64,000 nucleotides of DNA from Octopus sinensis (lineage: Eukaryota), in the NCBI RefSeq assembly GCF_006345805.1, contig NC_042999.1:7564001-7628000 (forward strand). Direction: 5' to 3'. The first letter of the stretch is position 1; every line of letters starts with the position of its first letter. A program made the position numbers and the translations under genes. The notes under the pieces were generated by a model, which made no database searches, was not told the origin of the DNA, and saw only the letters and a program-made list of their open reading frames with translations. Of this stretch, positions 40,280 through 54,720 are shown one piece after another.

Positions 40280-41640
40280 GCAGAAAGAGTTGTAATGAGA
40301 GGGACAGAGAGGAGGGGAGAGAGAGAAAAGGAGAGAGATAAAAGGAGAGAGAGAGAGATAAACAGAGTGACTGAGAGGGAGCGGCTGAACGAGAAAAATG
40401 ATGGCGTAATTAGGGGGTGTCAGGCTGAGATATAGAAACCGAGGTAGTAGAAGGGAAATATATATGGTCCAATGGATGGGTTAATAGGTAGCTCCTGACA
40501 TCGCAATACTCTTTCGAAATGTTGAACAAGCATAATTTGTAAATTGGTTAGAGAAAGAAGGGGAGGGGAGGGGGAAGGGGGGAAAGATGATAGATAAATA
40601 AAAGAGAAAGGACTGGAGTTAGAATTTAAGGAATAAAAAGAGGGGAGAAAAAATATGGACAGAAGTCAACGATATGAATTAAGTAATGTGGTGACTGCAG
40701 GTTGCGTTGGTGGTTCGTTCTTAAATCTGAAGTAACGTGTGAACGTGTGTTTGTGTGTGCGCGTGTATACACACGCATGGGGGTGGGGGGAGAAAGATAA
40801 TACAAGAGCGAGAGAGAGAGAGGAGGAGGAGGCCAGAATTCGAAGCAAAATGAGAGTGTGTGAGAGAAACAGGGAAAATAGATAGATTATAACAGAAGAG
40901 AGAAAGAGAAATGATGTGAAAGATAATCTCTCTCTCATTTGGAAAAAAAAAGCTAAAATCAGTAATCCACTGCGCACAATATTTACAACAAGGATTAAAT
41001 AATGAAACACACACACACATACACACACACATATCTTTGGATGAACAAGTGGAAGGAGTTTTCAGAGAGGGGGGAATAAAAGAAACAGGAAGAAAGAAAC
41101 ATAACATGGAATAATTAAAGAAAATTAAAGAAAAAGCGAAGGATCTGAGCTGAAATGAGAGAAAGAGAATATAAAGCGAGGATACGAATTTCTAGACCAG
41201 TTGGCAAATAGTATCTTAGCTAAATGATCAATAATTCTTCACATAATAGCAAGACTTGTTGGATAAAAGAGGAGGAGGAGTGGAGATATGGAGATAGAAA
41301 CACGAGAAATTGGATAGATAAAGGTCAAAGAAAAAGAATGGGAAAAGAGAGGGAATTGTTGGGGGGCGGGGACGATAAAGTGATGAACAGAACGAAGAGA
41401 ATTTAGAGTGAATAGGGTGCGCGGGAGAATGAAGAGAGAAGACATTTTCTACTCCAGTTGCAAAACTATTAATTCGCTAAGTGATCCCTAATCACCAATG
41501 CAATAGAAACAGCGATATTTATGCGAAATAAAAGAGTTTGAACGAAGGAAGGAGAAAGAATAGAGTAAAGAGTAAAAGAGAAACGGAAAGAGAAGGATAG
41601 AGAAAGTTTAAAAGGAAAAGACGGCAGTGGAAGATCCGTG
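40280..41640. repeat. Purine-rich (GA/GAA) low-complexity region
   Basis: Strong strand bias with degenerate GA repeats. Confidence 0.7.
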
Positions 41641-41967
41641 TAGATATAGAAAGAGCGATAGGAATTGTAAAGATGGTTCTTGAATAATAATGATGAAACT
41701 GATTAGAGCGTGATGCTCTCTCGTCCCTTGTTATTACATTAGCAACGAGGGAATTTCTCCGCCGTTGCAGGAGCTGCTAGAAGGAAATATTGGATAATAT
41801 TTATCTCGTGTGTATTCTGCAGAGAAAAACACAGTATGGTCACAGCAAGAAATCTTTTAATCAAAAGTCTGCATGGTCATCGGATGACCTGGGTCCGATC
41901 AAGATCAACAACCACAACACTGCAGTTTGTGTTCGAAATCTAAGGCAATGTATATATATATATATAT

Positions 41968-42164
41968 CATCATCATCATCATCATCATTTAACGCCCACT
42001 TTCCATGCTAGCATGGGTTGGACGGTTCAACTGGGATCTGGGAAGCCCGAAGGCTGCACCAGGCCAGTCATATCTGGCGGTGTTTCTACAGCTGGATGCC
42101 CTTCCTAACGCCAACCACTCCGAGAGTGTAGTGGGTGCTTTTTATGTGCCACCGACACAGGTGC

Positions 42165-42168
<4 letters not shown>
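41968..42168 (-). mobile_element. RTE-type 3' tail ending in (TGA)n
   Basis: ggatgcccttcctaacgccaacc motif next to (TCA)n. Confidence 0.7.
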
Positions 42169-42215
<47 letters not shown>

Positions 42216-42216
42216 C

Positions 42217-42248
<32 letters not shown>

Positions 42249-42737
42249 ATTTTGTTACTGATGAAAGTTACTTATGTAATATTTCCAAAAAACAAAAAAA
42301 GCTCGCCAATGAAAATTTCTGTTATATTTGTTAAGATGGAACTTAATTATTTCTGTGATAAATCAAGTTACTCCAAAGAGCACAAAAAATATTTTAGCAT
42401 TCAGATTTACACCTATTCAGCAAAATGGAAGTAGCTAGCATTAATGATAATTATTATCAAGAAAGCTAAGACAGTTAACTCCAAAATCGAAAACGCTTAA
42501 AAATTAGCCGGGAGCATGCTGTGATGCTGTGTGCATCCGATCGTTGGCTGGCAACTGCAGCCATGTTTCAATTGTAGTGTATATTTTCATGCAGAAGGTG
42601 CCCCTGGGAAATTTTGCCATGTATTTATTAATTACATAATCAGTGATGTGTTTTTTATTTGGAACCTATATTTACAGTCATCAAGGATCAGGCAAGTTTG
42701 AGGAACACCATGCTTCTCTGAAAAAGGTCTAATACAT

Positions 42738-43140
42738 ACTCTTTACTCTTTTACTCTTTTACTCGTTTCAGTCATTTGACTGTGGCCATGCTGGAGCACC
42801 GCTTTTAGTCGAGTAAATTAACCCCAGGACTTATTCTTTGTAAGCCTAGAACTTATTCTATCAATCTCTCTTGCTAAACCGCTAAGTTACGGGGACGTAA
42901 ACACACCAGCATTGGTTGTCAAGCGATGCTGGGGGGGGGGGAACAAACATATGCACACATACATATATACATATATACGACAGGCTTATTCCAGTTTCCG
43001 TCTACCAAATCCACTCACAAGGATTTGGTTGGCCCGAGACTATAGTAGAAGACACTTGCCCATGGTGCCACGCAGAGGGAATGAACCCGGAACCATGTGG
43101 TTGGTAAGCATGCTACTTACCACACAGCCACTTCTGCGCC
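42738..43140 (-). mobile_element. SINE S1
   Basis: Full-length reverse complement. Confidence 0.92.
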
Positions 43141-43674
43141 TACATGAGAACATATCCCAAGGTTCTACATTAAATTAGCTAAGTCGAAACTTGCTCTTTA
43201 CAACAACATCCAACTCATTCAATTTTTAATGAATTTGGATTTCAGAATCATAAATCTCGCCTTTATGAACAATAAATATGTTAATCCGCTCCTCAATGAT
43301 GTGTTAAACCTGCATAAGGGATCCTCGAGAAGGTTTAGATGGAATTTCCTCCCACAGTCCAATATTAGATTCTCTCTTCTATTCTCAATCATCTATTTTC
43401 ATTATTGTCATCTTCCTACTGTATACTACCTAACCTAAATCCAGCCAATGTCCGTCCTTGCTTTTACCATCCGCTCTCTCCGTTGTCATATATTTATAAG
43501 AAAGGTTCATACGAAGTGATCCAATAAGCTGAACGGCGGCATTTATTGCTGTAATCTAGTTTATAACCAGACATATTGTCTCCATAACAATTTAATTGTG
43601 ATTCTGCTAAGAGACAGCGTTATCAATATCGGAACATTCCATAACATCAAATTTTCAAATCTCTTTCCATTTAA

Positions 43675-43744
<70 letters not shown>

Positions 43745-43751
43745 ATATATA

Positions 43752-43799
<48 letters not shown>

Positions 43800-44529
43800 G
43801 TATATGTGTGTATCTACTTCTACATTTCTACTATTTCGTGTAATTTTCTGAATATATTTACACATACGTGCAGTTTACATTACGTCAGGGAAAATATCTA
43901 ACATTTGGATCAAGATAAAACACGCAATTTCGATAAACATTCGCGGCAGCACCATACAATTATAATATCGAGAGTAAACAGATGACTCCTCTTTTAAACT
44001 CCAACCCGGTCAGCTTTTTCTGAAAACAATATAATCGACAATAAAATCAATATTACATGACTTCCTTTTAAATGAACCATTTTTATAGTTAATTCACGCT
44101 GGAACAATAACAAATATAGTTGGACACTGTGTGTTCTGTACATTGCAATATCAAATATACTTATCTGCTTTGTAGAAATGAAGTGCTGAATTAATAATAT
44201 TTTTTTCTTTTGCGCTTTGAATATATCGGTTTATTTTGGTTTCAGAAAGTTTTGTATAATTCAAAGAGTGACATCAGCAATTAGACAAACTTCCTTATTT
44301 CTCTTCTTATTCTTAGAATGACAAATTTTGAGACACTTTTCGAGTTCTCCCCTCTCTCCCTCCTCCTTCCCCTTACTCTCTCTCTCTCTCTCTGTCTATC
44401 TTTCTGCTTTTGCAGTTATCAATATTTTGCCCAGCAATTGGTTGGTTGGTTGGCATCCTTTCTGTCTCGGGAGACAATGGAGTTGCGCACAAAGTAGTCT
44501 AGTCCGGCTTTTACATTTCATGTCCTAAT

Positions 44530-44865
44530 ACATTTCCTGCTGTGGCTGTGTAGTCCTATCCTGGACAAACACTCCCTCTGGCAGGTACCGCAAACGTAGC
44601 GAAGGTTGTTCCTGGCTGGTTGTAGTGCCATAGTCTCTTGTTGACGTCTCTTCTTTTCTTTCCATTTCTCCTCTCTCTCTCTCTGTCACTCCTTTGTATT
44701 CCCTCTTTTACGGTACGTCGCCATTCTCCACGGTTGCCGGCAACTGCCTCTCAACCGCTAATATTGATGTTGCAGGCCTTCATGTCCCTTTTGCAAACAT
44801 CCTTGTAACGTAAGATCGGTCTACCCACAGACCTAGTACCCCTAGCAAGCTCTCTGTAGAATTTG
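44530..44865 (-). pseudogene. RTE-clade LINE C-terminal fragment
   Basis: GTRSVGRPILRYKDVCKRDMKAC...EWRRTVKEG...CGTCQRECLSRIGLHSH. Confidence 0.88.
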
Positions 44866-44999
44866 CCCAGCAATTACTTTCCTGTTAATCTTAAGAGTGA
44901 TATTCACGACAATTAGTGTTTGTATTGTTTTATATCATTGATTATTATTGGACACATTCTATAAACTTATAACAAGTGTAAATCCAAATAGCCGTTGCT

Positions 45000-45522
45000 C
45001 TTAATTGTTGGCGTGACCCTCTTCGGTAATGAACGACCGTGGGATTGCACCTAGAAAGTTACCCTCCGAGGCACAAGTCTGGGCAAGGTTGTTTATGGAA
45101 GACCAGCAGTCGCCCATGCATATCAGCCTCCCATCTCCACGACACCGATGATATCCAAAGGAAAGACAAAGGGGCCGATACAGCTTGGCACCAGTGACGT
45201 CGCGGCTCATTTATTAATGTGTAAGTGGCTGAGCACTCCACAGACACGTGTACTATTAACGTAGTTCTCGGGACGATTCAGCAAGACACAGAGTGTGACA
45301 AGGCTGGCCCTTTGTAATACAGGTACAACAGAAACAGGAAGGGAGACAGAGAAAGTTGTGGTGAAAGAGTACAAGAAGGTTCACCACCAACCCCTGCCGG
45401 ATCTCGTGGAGCTTTAGGTGCTTTTGCTCAATAAACACTCACAATGCCCGGTCTGGGAATCGAAACAGCGATACTACGACCGCGAGTCCGCTGCCCTAAC
45501 CACTGGGCCATTGCGCCTCCAC
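45000..45522 (-). mobile_element. SINE S2 with tail type 2
   Basis: S2 head at 45225-45522; tail homologous to 63870-64000. Confidence 0.85.
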
Positions 45523-45839
45523 ATTACTCTTAATAGTACCACCGAATTCTTTGTAACTTTAGTTACTTTGGTCACAAGAGAAGAAGTCCCCTGAGTTCAA
45601 ATCCCGCCGAGGCTAACACTGCGTTTCATCTTTTCGGGGTTGAGGAAATAAGTACCCGTCGCATACTGGGCTCAATACAATTGACAAATTCCGAAAACTA
45701 AAGAAATCCTCTTTCATCCAACTGGCTGCCACAGCATGAAATCGGACGATAATGGTAAACTAAGATTTGGCATTCTAGACTTGGTTAATTCTGAATATTC
45801 GATCTCTTGCATCTATTTCTTTATTGTAATAACGACTCA

Positions 45840-45841
45840 CA

Positions 45842-45882
<41 letters not shown>

Positions 45883-46227
45883 CATACACAAACACACACA
45901 AACACACACACACACACACACACAAACACACACACTCACATATGTATATATACACATGCATATATATATATATGTATGTATATGTGTGTAAGTGTGTATG
46001 TGAAGTGTAATGTAACTTTTATGGATAACAGCATCCGGCAGTCTGGTCGTTACCGTAACACACATTCACACACATACACACAAACATACACACACACACA
46101 TGCATATATACGCCCACACATACACACACATATACACACACATTTATATATATATATGTATATATGTACTTATATATATATATATATGTATATCTACATC
46201 TATATACATATATATATGTACATCTAT

Positions 46228-46267
<40 letters not shown>

Positions 46268-46287
46268 CTATACACACACACACACAC

Positions 46288-46372
<85 letters not shown>
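45840..46372. repeat. (CA)n/(TA)n microsatellite
   Basis: Direct inspection. Confidence 0.97.
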
Positions 46373-46374
<2 letters not shown>

Positions 46375-46377
<3 letters not shown>

Positions 46378-47630
46378 ATAAAATGAGATAGGGGTTGAAA
46401 ATTCAACCCACCATGGGATAATATATATCCAATATACTGCCAGATAGATACCCAACAAGATTAATACATAGATGTTAAAAATTGTCAAACAATCAGTTCA
46501 TCTATTGTATTATATGGGTAAAGGTAATAATATTACCGTAAATTAATACTACAAAATTAGAGAATGGAGAAACATACTTAAATCAATAAAACATCAACTA
46601 TCCGATGATACCCAATCAATACTTTAATACACCATTACATATGAGTAAAGGCATTATATAAAATGAGATATACAGTAATAGTAAAAAGATAAAGAGATAT
46701 AAGTAAAAAATTTTCGAATATAATATGCAATTAAATCAAAACTGACAGCTGTTTCGGCAGTGAGGGCAGTCATACCTCATTTAACCTCTTAGCCATAAAG
46801 GCAGGTATAAATGAAGCATTAACAAGGATGCCCCACGGCCTCTTCAGAGAATTAAATTAAATTTGTTATAATTGTGAAAAATATAATATAACCATATACA
46901 TATGGTGCTAACTTAACTGTATCTATTATTATTATTATTATTTTTATTATTCTATTATTAATATTAATAGTAATTTTTATTAACTTTCATAGCTTTAGAA
47001 TTTTATGAACTAAACCATGGTTTTAATTATTATTTTTCATCTCCCTATGTGTTAGTTTTTTTTAAAAAAAACTATTAGCCAAATATGTATAATATCGGTA
47101 CTTATTAATATTAGTATATACACCGATATATATTTTGTTTTATTTTGTTCTGTTTACCTTCCTTTATTGTACCAATAAGTATTATATTATATAAGTGTAG
47201 CATTATGATGTATAAGTTTTTATATTTTTTATATTTTACATTTTTATATTTTTATATTTATATGTATATGGTTATATTATATTTTTCACAATTATAACAA
47301 ATTTAATTTAATTCTCTGAAGAGGCCGTGGGGCATCCTTGTTAATGCCTCATTTATACCTGCCTTTATGGCTAAGAGGTTAAATGAGGTATGACTGCCCT
47401 CACTGCCGAAACAGCTGTCAGTTTTGATTTAATTGCATATTATATTCGAAAATTTTTTACTTATATCTCTTTATCTTTTTACTATTACTGTATATCTCAT
47501 TTTATATAATGCCTTTACTCATATGTAATGGTGTATTAAAGTATTGATTGGGTATCATCGGATAGTTGATGTTTTATTGATTTAAGTATGTTTCTCCATT
47601 CTCTAATTTTGTAGTATATATATATATATA
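46375..47630. mobile_element. Family C Penelope-like inverted-repeat element
   Basis: 358-bp arms 46546-46903 and 47260-47617, colinear, one mismatch seen by eye; 356-bp AT-rich spacer; (TA)n at both outer ends. Confidence 0.9.
47310..47425 (+). ncRNA. Type I hammerhead motif with 79-nt structured loop II (family C); inverted copy at 46738-46853 (-)
   Basis: CTGAAGA 47316-47322, GGC/GCC helix II, GAAAC 47408-47412, palindromic AC-AGCT-GT, GTC cleavage triplet 47417-47419; helix I weak. Confidence 0.7.
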
Positions 47631-48104
47631 CATGCGAAGTCATAAATTGGATTTCTCTTTTAGTTAGTGACTGATCAATGTATTTTCATGACAATTTGAC
47701 AGATAAAGATAATTCTTTTGTGATGTTTATAACGTGCTGCTACTACAGTCAAATACATGCGTATTGATAACATAATATCTATATTACTCATCAGATAAAT
47801 TCTACCGTCGCTATATCACACACGCGCATACATGTTAAACGATACGCTAACAAGTTGACTTGACGCTCATTAAGAATCCAGAATATTCTTTGACTGAAAT
47901 CAAATAAAAAATTTCCTCTGACTTTAGTGTTCGGAATTTGTCAATTATAACCATCGAGCCCAGTGTTCGGCTGATACTTATTTCATCGACCCTGTACAGA
48001 TGAAAGGCAGCGTCGACCTTGGCGGGAATTGAACTCGCCAAGTAACGAGCCGGATGGAATAGCATCCGTTTGACGTGTTAACGTTTCTATAGGCTCACAT
48101 AGTA

Positions 48105-48136
48105 GTGCTGCTGCTGCTACTACTAGTACTACTACA

Positions 48137-48179
<43 letters not shown>

Positions 48180-48370
48180 ATAATAATAATAATAATAGTA
48201 ATGAAAATAATAATAATAATAATAATAATTATAGTAATGAAAATAATAATAATAAGAGGAAGAGAAAGAAGGGGATGAAGAGGAGGAGTAGAAGAAGAAG
48301 AAGAAGAAGAAAAAGAAGAGAAGAAGAAGAAGAGAAGAAGAAGAAGAAGAAGAAGAGAAGAAGAAGAAAA
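48105..48370. repeat. Compound (CTG)(CTA)(ATA)(AGA) trinucleotide repeat
   Basis: Direct inspection. Confidence 0.95.
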
Positions 48371-48379
48371 ATAAGAATA

Positions 48380-49110
48380 TAAATCTGGAAAAGTATGGAA
48401 GAAAGAACTTGTATGGGAAGGAACAAAACTATAGGGTCAGTTTGGAAGTGATATGAAAGCATAGTCAGACACAGAAGGCCAGGGATTATGGATGGGCGGA
48501 GTGACTTAAAGATAGAAGCGGAGCATTTATATGCACGACACAAGAACAAGCTTTGAGAAGGAAACAAATGTGTTGTGCTGAATTGACAAACATTTGAGAG
48601 CGACAAATGCAGAATGTGTGGTGAGAGGGGAGATATAGAGTATGACAATTGTTGGCGCCGGCCTGAAATTGGTGCAACGCGAATTCAAAAGGCAAAAGGA
48701 CAATGGGGCAAGAATGATCCATTGGGAGCTTTGTGGAAATTATGATGTAGAAAGATCAAAGACGTGGTATAACCAAATCCCGGAAGGAGTTTCTGAGGAT
48801 GTGGATTGCAAATACCTGTGAGATGCAATGGTTTAGTGTGGTCATCAGATTAAACATCGAAAATCTGAAATTGCTGTAGTGAACAGAAACGAAAAACCAT
48901 GCTTGATAATCGACATCAAATGCTCTGGTGACCCAGGGTTGAAGAGAAAGAAGAAGAAGAAGAAGTGAAAAATTCTGATGAATTGAAGTGGGAAAAACGC
49001 AGGTTGTGGTCAATGAAGAGAGTGGACGGGATACCAATGAGGATTGGTGCACTTAGTAGGATCAGTAACCAAATATCAATGGAGCTCAAAAAGATTGGAA
49101 CGAATGCAAA
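48380..49110 (+). pseudogene. RLE-type (R4/Dong-like) LINE C-terminal fragment
   Basis: QEQAL, DKCRMCGERG, IHWELCG.YDVERSKTWY, CLIIDI.C.GD, RLWSMKRV..IP..IGAL across frames. Confidence 0.88.
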
Positions 49111-49149
49111 GAAAGAACAATACCACAGATTTCCTTGTCAGTTGTTTGA

Positions 49150-49505
49150 CCTTATCCAGTGAGCTTGTCCCTTAGTGGCTGACGAATGTGCATCTCTGAT
49201 CACGAGCAGAGGTAGTGGGGGAGCAGCATCATAGTCATGTTTTCAGAGGGATTCTTTTCGGGTTTGGATAATTCACCTTTGGAAACATGGGTGTTTTGTT
49301 CAACACTCTTAAAGGACCCTTATTCAGGGACATTTTGAGTGGGATGGGTTACTCGACCAGAAGAAAATTCTAACTGGGCCCCAACTGCGAAGTCATGCGT
49401 TGTTTATCTTGATATGAGACTACTGTCGCGCACATATGGTTGTGATGCATGTGCTTGGTGTACCCTTATCAGACGGGTAGTCATGATGGGTATACTTAGC
49501 TTCGT
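49150..49505. repeat. Unclassified interspersed-repeat-like segment followed by (AAC)/(AAT)n
   Basis: Higher-GC block with a simple-repeat tail; single copy in the window, called from recall only. Confidence 0.45.
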
Positions 49506-50004
49506 ATATTTTAGCTCAACAATAACAACAACAACAACAACAATAATAATAATAATAATAATAATAACAATAATAAAGCACGCATTCTGAGGTCCTTGTT
49601 GTGACTTGACAGAGAGCAATAACACCTGGTATATACAGTATTTGTATTCCACAAAATCACAGTATTGGATACGTGTGATGACTTCATTAATAATAAAGTT
49701 ATATACAATTTGGAGAGGAAAATAAAAAAGGAAAAACGGAAAAATAAACAATTAAATTTTAAAATAGCAACAGAGTCCATAAATCCAGTTTAAAATGAAG
49801 ATAAAATATCTCACATTTATGAGGATGTAGAATGGGATATATTTACATATATAGAAATATTCATAGTAAAGATGCAGAGTGGAATAAATTATAATGATTC
49901 TATGACTCACACACGATTCGATGACTCATACAACAAAATGGTACCCTGCTGAGCAAGTATCTGTCCGAAGGCAGCAACCCTTAATCATAGCACAATCAAT
50001 TAAT

Positions 50005-50160
50005 ATACTCTCTTTTTACTCTTTTACTTGTTTCAGTCAGTTGACTGCAGCCATGCTGGAGCACCACCTTTAGTCGAACAACTCAATCCTGGGACTTATT
50101 CTTTGTAAGCCCAGTACTTATTTTATCGGTCTCTTTTGCCGAACCGCTAAGTGACGGAAT
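50005..50160 (-). mobile_element. SINE S1 3' fragment; S3-type fragment follows at about 50270-50400 (+)
   Basis: tactcttttacttgtttcagtc...gaaccgctaagtgacgg. Confidence 0.85.
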
Positions 50161-52699
50161 AACATGTAAAAGGCATTATTCATTCTCATACTAAATATTT
50201 GTAGATGCATTTTATGAGGCCTTCTCACATTCTACAAGACTGTTTAATTCTGGGATTTTCAAGCATAATGCTTAGCGGCAGGTCGTCCGTCTTTACATTC
50301 TGAGTTCAAATTTTACCAAGGTCGACTTTGCCCTTTATTCTTTCAGGGTCAATAAAATAAGTCCCAGTTGAACACTGGGTTCTATATAATATACCCCGTC
50401 CCCTGAATTTGCTGGCCTTCAGCCAAAGTTTGAAACTAATAATGTGATTATCAAATACACCGAATTAATGACAAAAGTGATTATCACGTGATGTGTGTTT
50501 CAAACAACAACGTTTGTCATCTGACGAAATCGATTATTAAGTAAGTAAAATGACGAAATTTAGAAAAATTATGCATTTTTCTTTTCTATTCTGTTTCATA
50601 ATTCTTTCTCTTCATAAATATCGTCGCTCCAAAAGTCTTTCTAAATCTGATAGCTTCTATTCAAACATTACAAACCGAACGTTACGAGTGTTATTTTACA
50701 ATTGTGAAGATATCTACTATAAAATGGCGCCTTTTGTGTTATTTAGAGAATTAAGCATCGTATGAAAATTTATAATTACAGCAATTATGATAATTTTATT
50801 TGTATTTCTACTTCTAGAATATTATATATGATTGCGTAGTAATTCTTTCGTCTTGCTGTCTTTTCTTTATTTCACATTTCTATTTATTTTTATTCTTCTT
50901 TCACAATCTTGCAAAAACATTTTTTTTCTATTAAATTCTAATTTAGCTTCTTTTATATTCATTTCTATCACCATTGTAAGACAGTTCAGATTTTTTTTCT
51001 TTCTTGTGAGTCATGTTTTCTGACTTAAATGTCTTCGTTATTTTTACGATTGGTTTTGTAAATTGAATTCTGGTTCCGTCGGGGAAATTCTGATAAATCT
51101 TGTTTTCTTATTCACTGAATGAAGTGTCTGCGTGTAGTTTCCCACGCTGTAACTTCAGGGGTGTCTCTTAATCTTGTACGCACAACACTAAATGGCTGGA
51201 AGTGAGTAGCTACTTATTGAGTCTTATTTGAAGTTTATGCTTGCTTTAACCAGCCTTGAGTTGTCCCTACTCATAATACGAAACACTCGTAATTTATATA
51301 GTCTTGTTATTCATTTCCTGGTCATCCTTGAATTAAACAATGTTCGTCTGTTAAAGATCAAAGATCCTCAAGCCTGGAGAATCCCGTCTGTTTTTAGATA
51401 TACTTTCTTTAATGTATCCTGGTACAGGTTGGTATATATAAATCATGCAGCAGAGGTTCAATCAATGTGTTCAAACAACGTACTTTACGAGACTACCAAA
51501 ACGCTCTCGCTGGATTACAAACAACCTCTACTCTTTATATGAGTTCGGCTAGTTCATTCTTCCGATCCCCCCAGGGGTGTCAATGACTCTCACCACAGCA
51601 TCTCCCCCTTTGAGATTGACTTCTGTTAGAGGTTAATATTATTATTTTTATTTATTCCTTTTTCTTTCACATCTCCCTTTTTCTCTTAGAGAAGTTTAAC
51701 ACTTCTATTGCTAGGATTTGATCCGGCTATCCAATCAAAGGATAACAGGATCTGGGTAATGGTAATTCTGAACTAGCATCGATTTTTATTTCCATTATTT
51801 TGAGTTCAGCAACACAGTTACCTGTGATATACAGCGTTTAGTTTAACATCCCCCAACTCCCACCCTCACTTATACGTTGGACAGTTTGCACCGAATGGAA
51901 GAAATAGTAACAAAGCACCCCAGAAATAGCTCTTTATTACAATATTTTTTATCCCGGTTCTCTCTTACTTCCGATACTGAATACAATCACAGAACAGATT
52001 TTCAATTCATATTCTCTTAATCTTCTCTTTTACCAATCTGTCTACTTCTTCTACATCTTTACTCACCTACCTTACTGAGTCTCTCAGCAGGTTGAAACCT
52101 GCTTCTACGATTGAAAAGACACCACAAATACTATTTCAAATAATGTTGAAATCTGCCGTTTACAAGCAGCAGACGTATTGTAGTCGATTGTGTCTATTGA
52201 ATTAATCGAAGTTGTACTTTAAGCTTGGTTCTTTTTTCAAATCAGAAACAACCTGTGGCGACAGATTCTTTATGGAAAAAATGAATGACAAAGACAGAGA
52301 GAGAAAGAGGGGGAAGAAAAAGAGAGAGAGTAAGAATAGAAAGAAAGTGAAAGGCAAGAGAGAGACAGAGAGAGAGAGAGAGAGAGGTGGTGCTGACAGT
52401 AGACAGCTCAATCTGATTATACGGTAGCTTCTAATCTATTAACAGAGCTCTAAGTTAACTAATTCAATAGCAATGGAATTGCAATACGTCTATGATGCCA
52501 GACGAAGAATATTACACTCCAACCAAAGGAAGAGTCACAGCAAGATTGAAATAAATTGATATTCGGTTGCGCGACGAAATATGTAACCTCTCTGAAAATT
52601 GCACAGCAACACTAATCTCTTCTTTCCCCTTTGTTCGCTGCACCAGGCGTCACCTCACACTGCTTCGTCATTACTACATTATAGCGTATCATATACCTA

Positions 52700-52931
52700 T
52701 TTCTTTACTACCCACAATGGGGCTACACACAGAGAGGAGACAAACAAGGACAGACAAATGGATTCAGTCGATTACATCGCCCCCAGTGCGTAACTGGTAC
52801 TTAATTTATCGACCCCGAAAGGATGAAAGGCAAAGTCGACCTCGGCGGAATTTGAACTCAGAACGTAACGGCAAACGAAATACCGCCTAGCATTTCGCCC
52901 GACGTGCTAACGATTCTGCCAGCTCGCCGCC
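52700..52931 (-). mobile_element. SINE S3; decayed S4 head follows at about 52962-53100 (+)
   Basis: Reverse complement of the S3 unit. Confidence 0.9.
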
Positions 52932-54399
52932 TTCAAATGTATTATATACAACACACCTATGAAGGCGAGTGGCCGCGTGGTTAGAGCGTTGCTCTCACTG
53001 TCGTAAGATCATGGTTTCGATTCCCAGGGAGGATGGTATGTTCTTGTGCAAAACACGTTATTCCCCATTGTTCCATTCCACTCAACTGTAAATGAGTTCG
53101 TGTCACATCTGGAAAAGTAACCTTGCGAAGGATCGATGTTCCGCCCAAGTGAGACTGTTGTAATCTTAGTCACTTATAGTCTTCGGAAACCAGCTTAAAC
53201 TTCGCCATTATGAGTCCAAGGGCTCTTGATAAATCTAAGGTTAAGTAAAAGTCTACGATCATGTTACAATATATACAGTCTAGACAAAGGGGTGGATTTG
53301 TAGAATTGGTTGAGTGCCGGCTTTTATTTACGCTTCTATAAGTTCATCAGTACTGACCTTGCAGTTTATCTCTGCGGGTCCGATAAAATACTGCCAATGA
53401 AGTATTAAAGCCAATATAATCGACTACGTTTGTGGTCGCCTTGTTTTTCTATAGAAGCAATTATTTTCCGTTCTAACAAAATAAGAAAACTATCAAATAT
53501 CGCAGCACATTCACGTCATTTCAACTGCTTCTGTTCTGGAAACCGTTTATAACAAGAAAAACAACTGCAATGGGAGACGCAGCAAGAACAGTATTGATGC
53601 TAAGAGAAGAAATAAAAGAGAAGAATAGAGGCGAGGATAAATAAACGAAATAGGAAAAAAAAAAGAGAGAGAATAGGTAGAGAAGTGACGATGAAAGGGA
53701 AAATTGATGCGAGAGAAAATGGCGGAGAAGAAAATAAGGAGGTGGGGAATAAGATCGATTAGAGCGAACGTAAAGTAATGTGTACTACAGTTGCAAGACA
53801 ACTATTTCTTCCTATAGGAATCAATATTGCAACAAATATAGCATATCTATATGACAGAACGATCAAATAAGTTAACAATATGGCGTAGACCTAAGGAGCA
53901 TTAGTTATTTCGTATCACCACCAGTATCGCACTTTTTAATTGTTTTCTGAATAGCAACGCTATTATGATTGTCATTGTTGTCGAGGTTTCGATTGGGATT
54001 GTGACATCACAATACGTTCAGCAATGGACAAGTCTTACATAAAAATCGACGCTGAATATCGCGGTGCCATCAAACAGCTAACACATTCTCGATTGAATAG
54101 AAGGAACAACAATAGTATTGTATTTCCGCTTTCAAGAAGAACTATTGCCAAGAATTAGCTTCGCATTCACAAATGAGAAATTCTAATATAATGGTCATCT
54201 GTTTGAAATCTTAACAACGACGATATAAAGTGTAATTCTTTCTGACATACGAAACCTTCAGAGAAAAATTGGTAGATTTAGGAGGTTGTGATACCTGCTG
54301 TTCTCTTTGGTATTTCTGCAAAGAAAATGACAGTGTTACAAATAAAGCAGAATTTGGTAACATACAATTCTTAGAAGTTAGTTTTTACCCCTGCTACAG

Positions 54400-54720
54400 T
54401 ATGGGAAGGGATTCCTTCCCCAATGATTCCCAGTCTATATCACCTTTACTCCTTACTAATAGCGGATTGTACATCATCTCCAACATCAACTCGACAGACC
54501 ATATCTCCTCTTTTTTGTCATCCATTTTTAGTCTTCCCTCTCAGGATCTTTCCTTCCCAGAAGCCCAGTCTTCTAGGGGTACATTTCCCGTTTATTTTGT
54601 TTTCTCTATGGATGTCTATTTTTATTCATACCGACACTCAAACCGCTTCAATCTCTGTAGAAGTCTTGAAGATTTAGGACACAACTTCCAATCATATTCT
54701 TGTAGAAACACCAATCAAGA
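54400..54720 (-). pseudogene. Highly decayed RTE-like 3' fragment
   Basis: LQRLKRFECRY and EGK..RGR..KWMD-like remnants. Confidence 0.4.
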
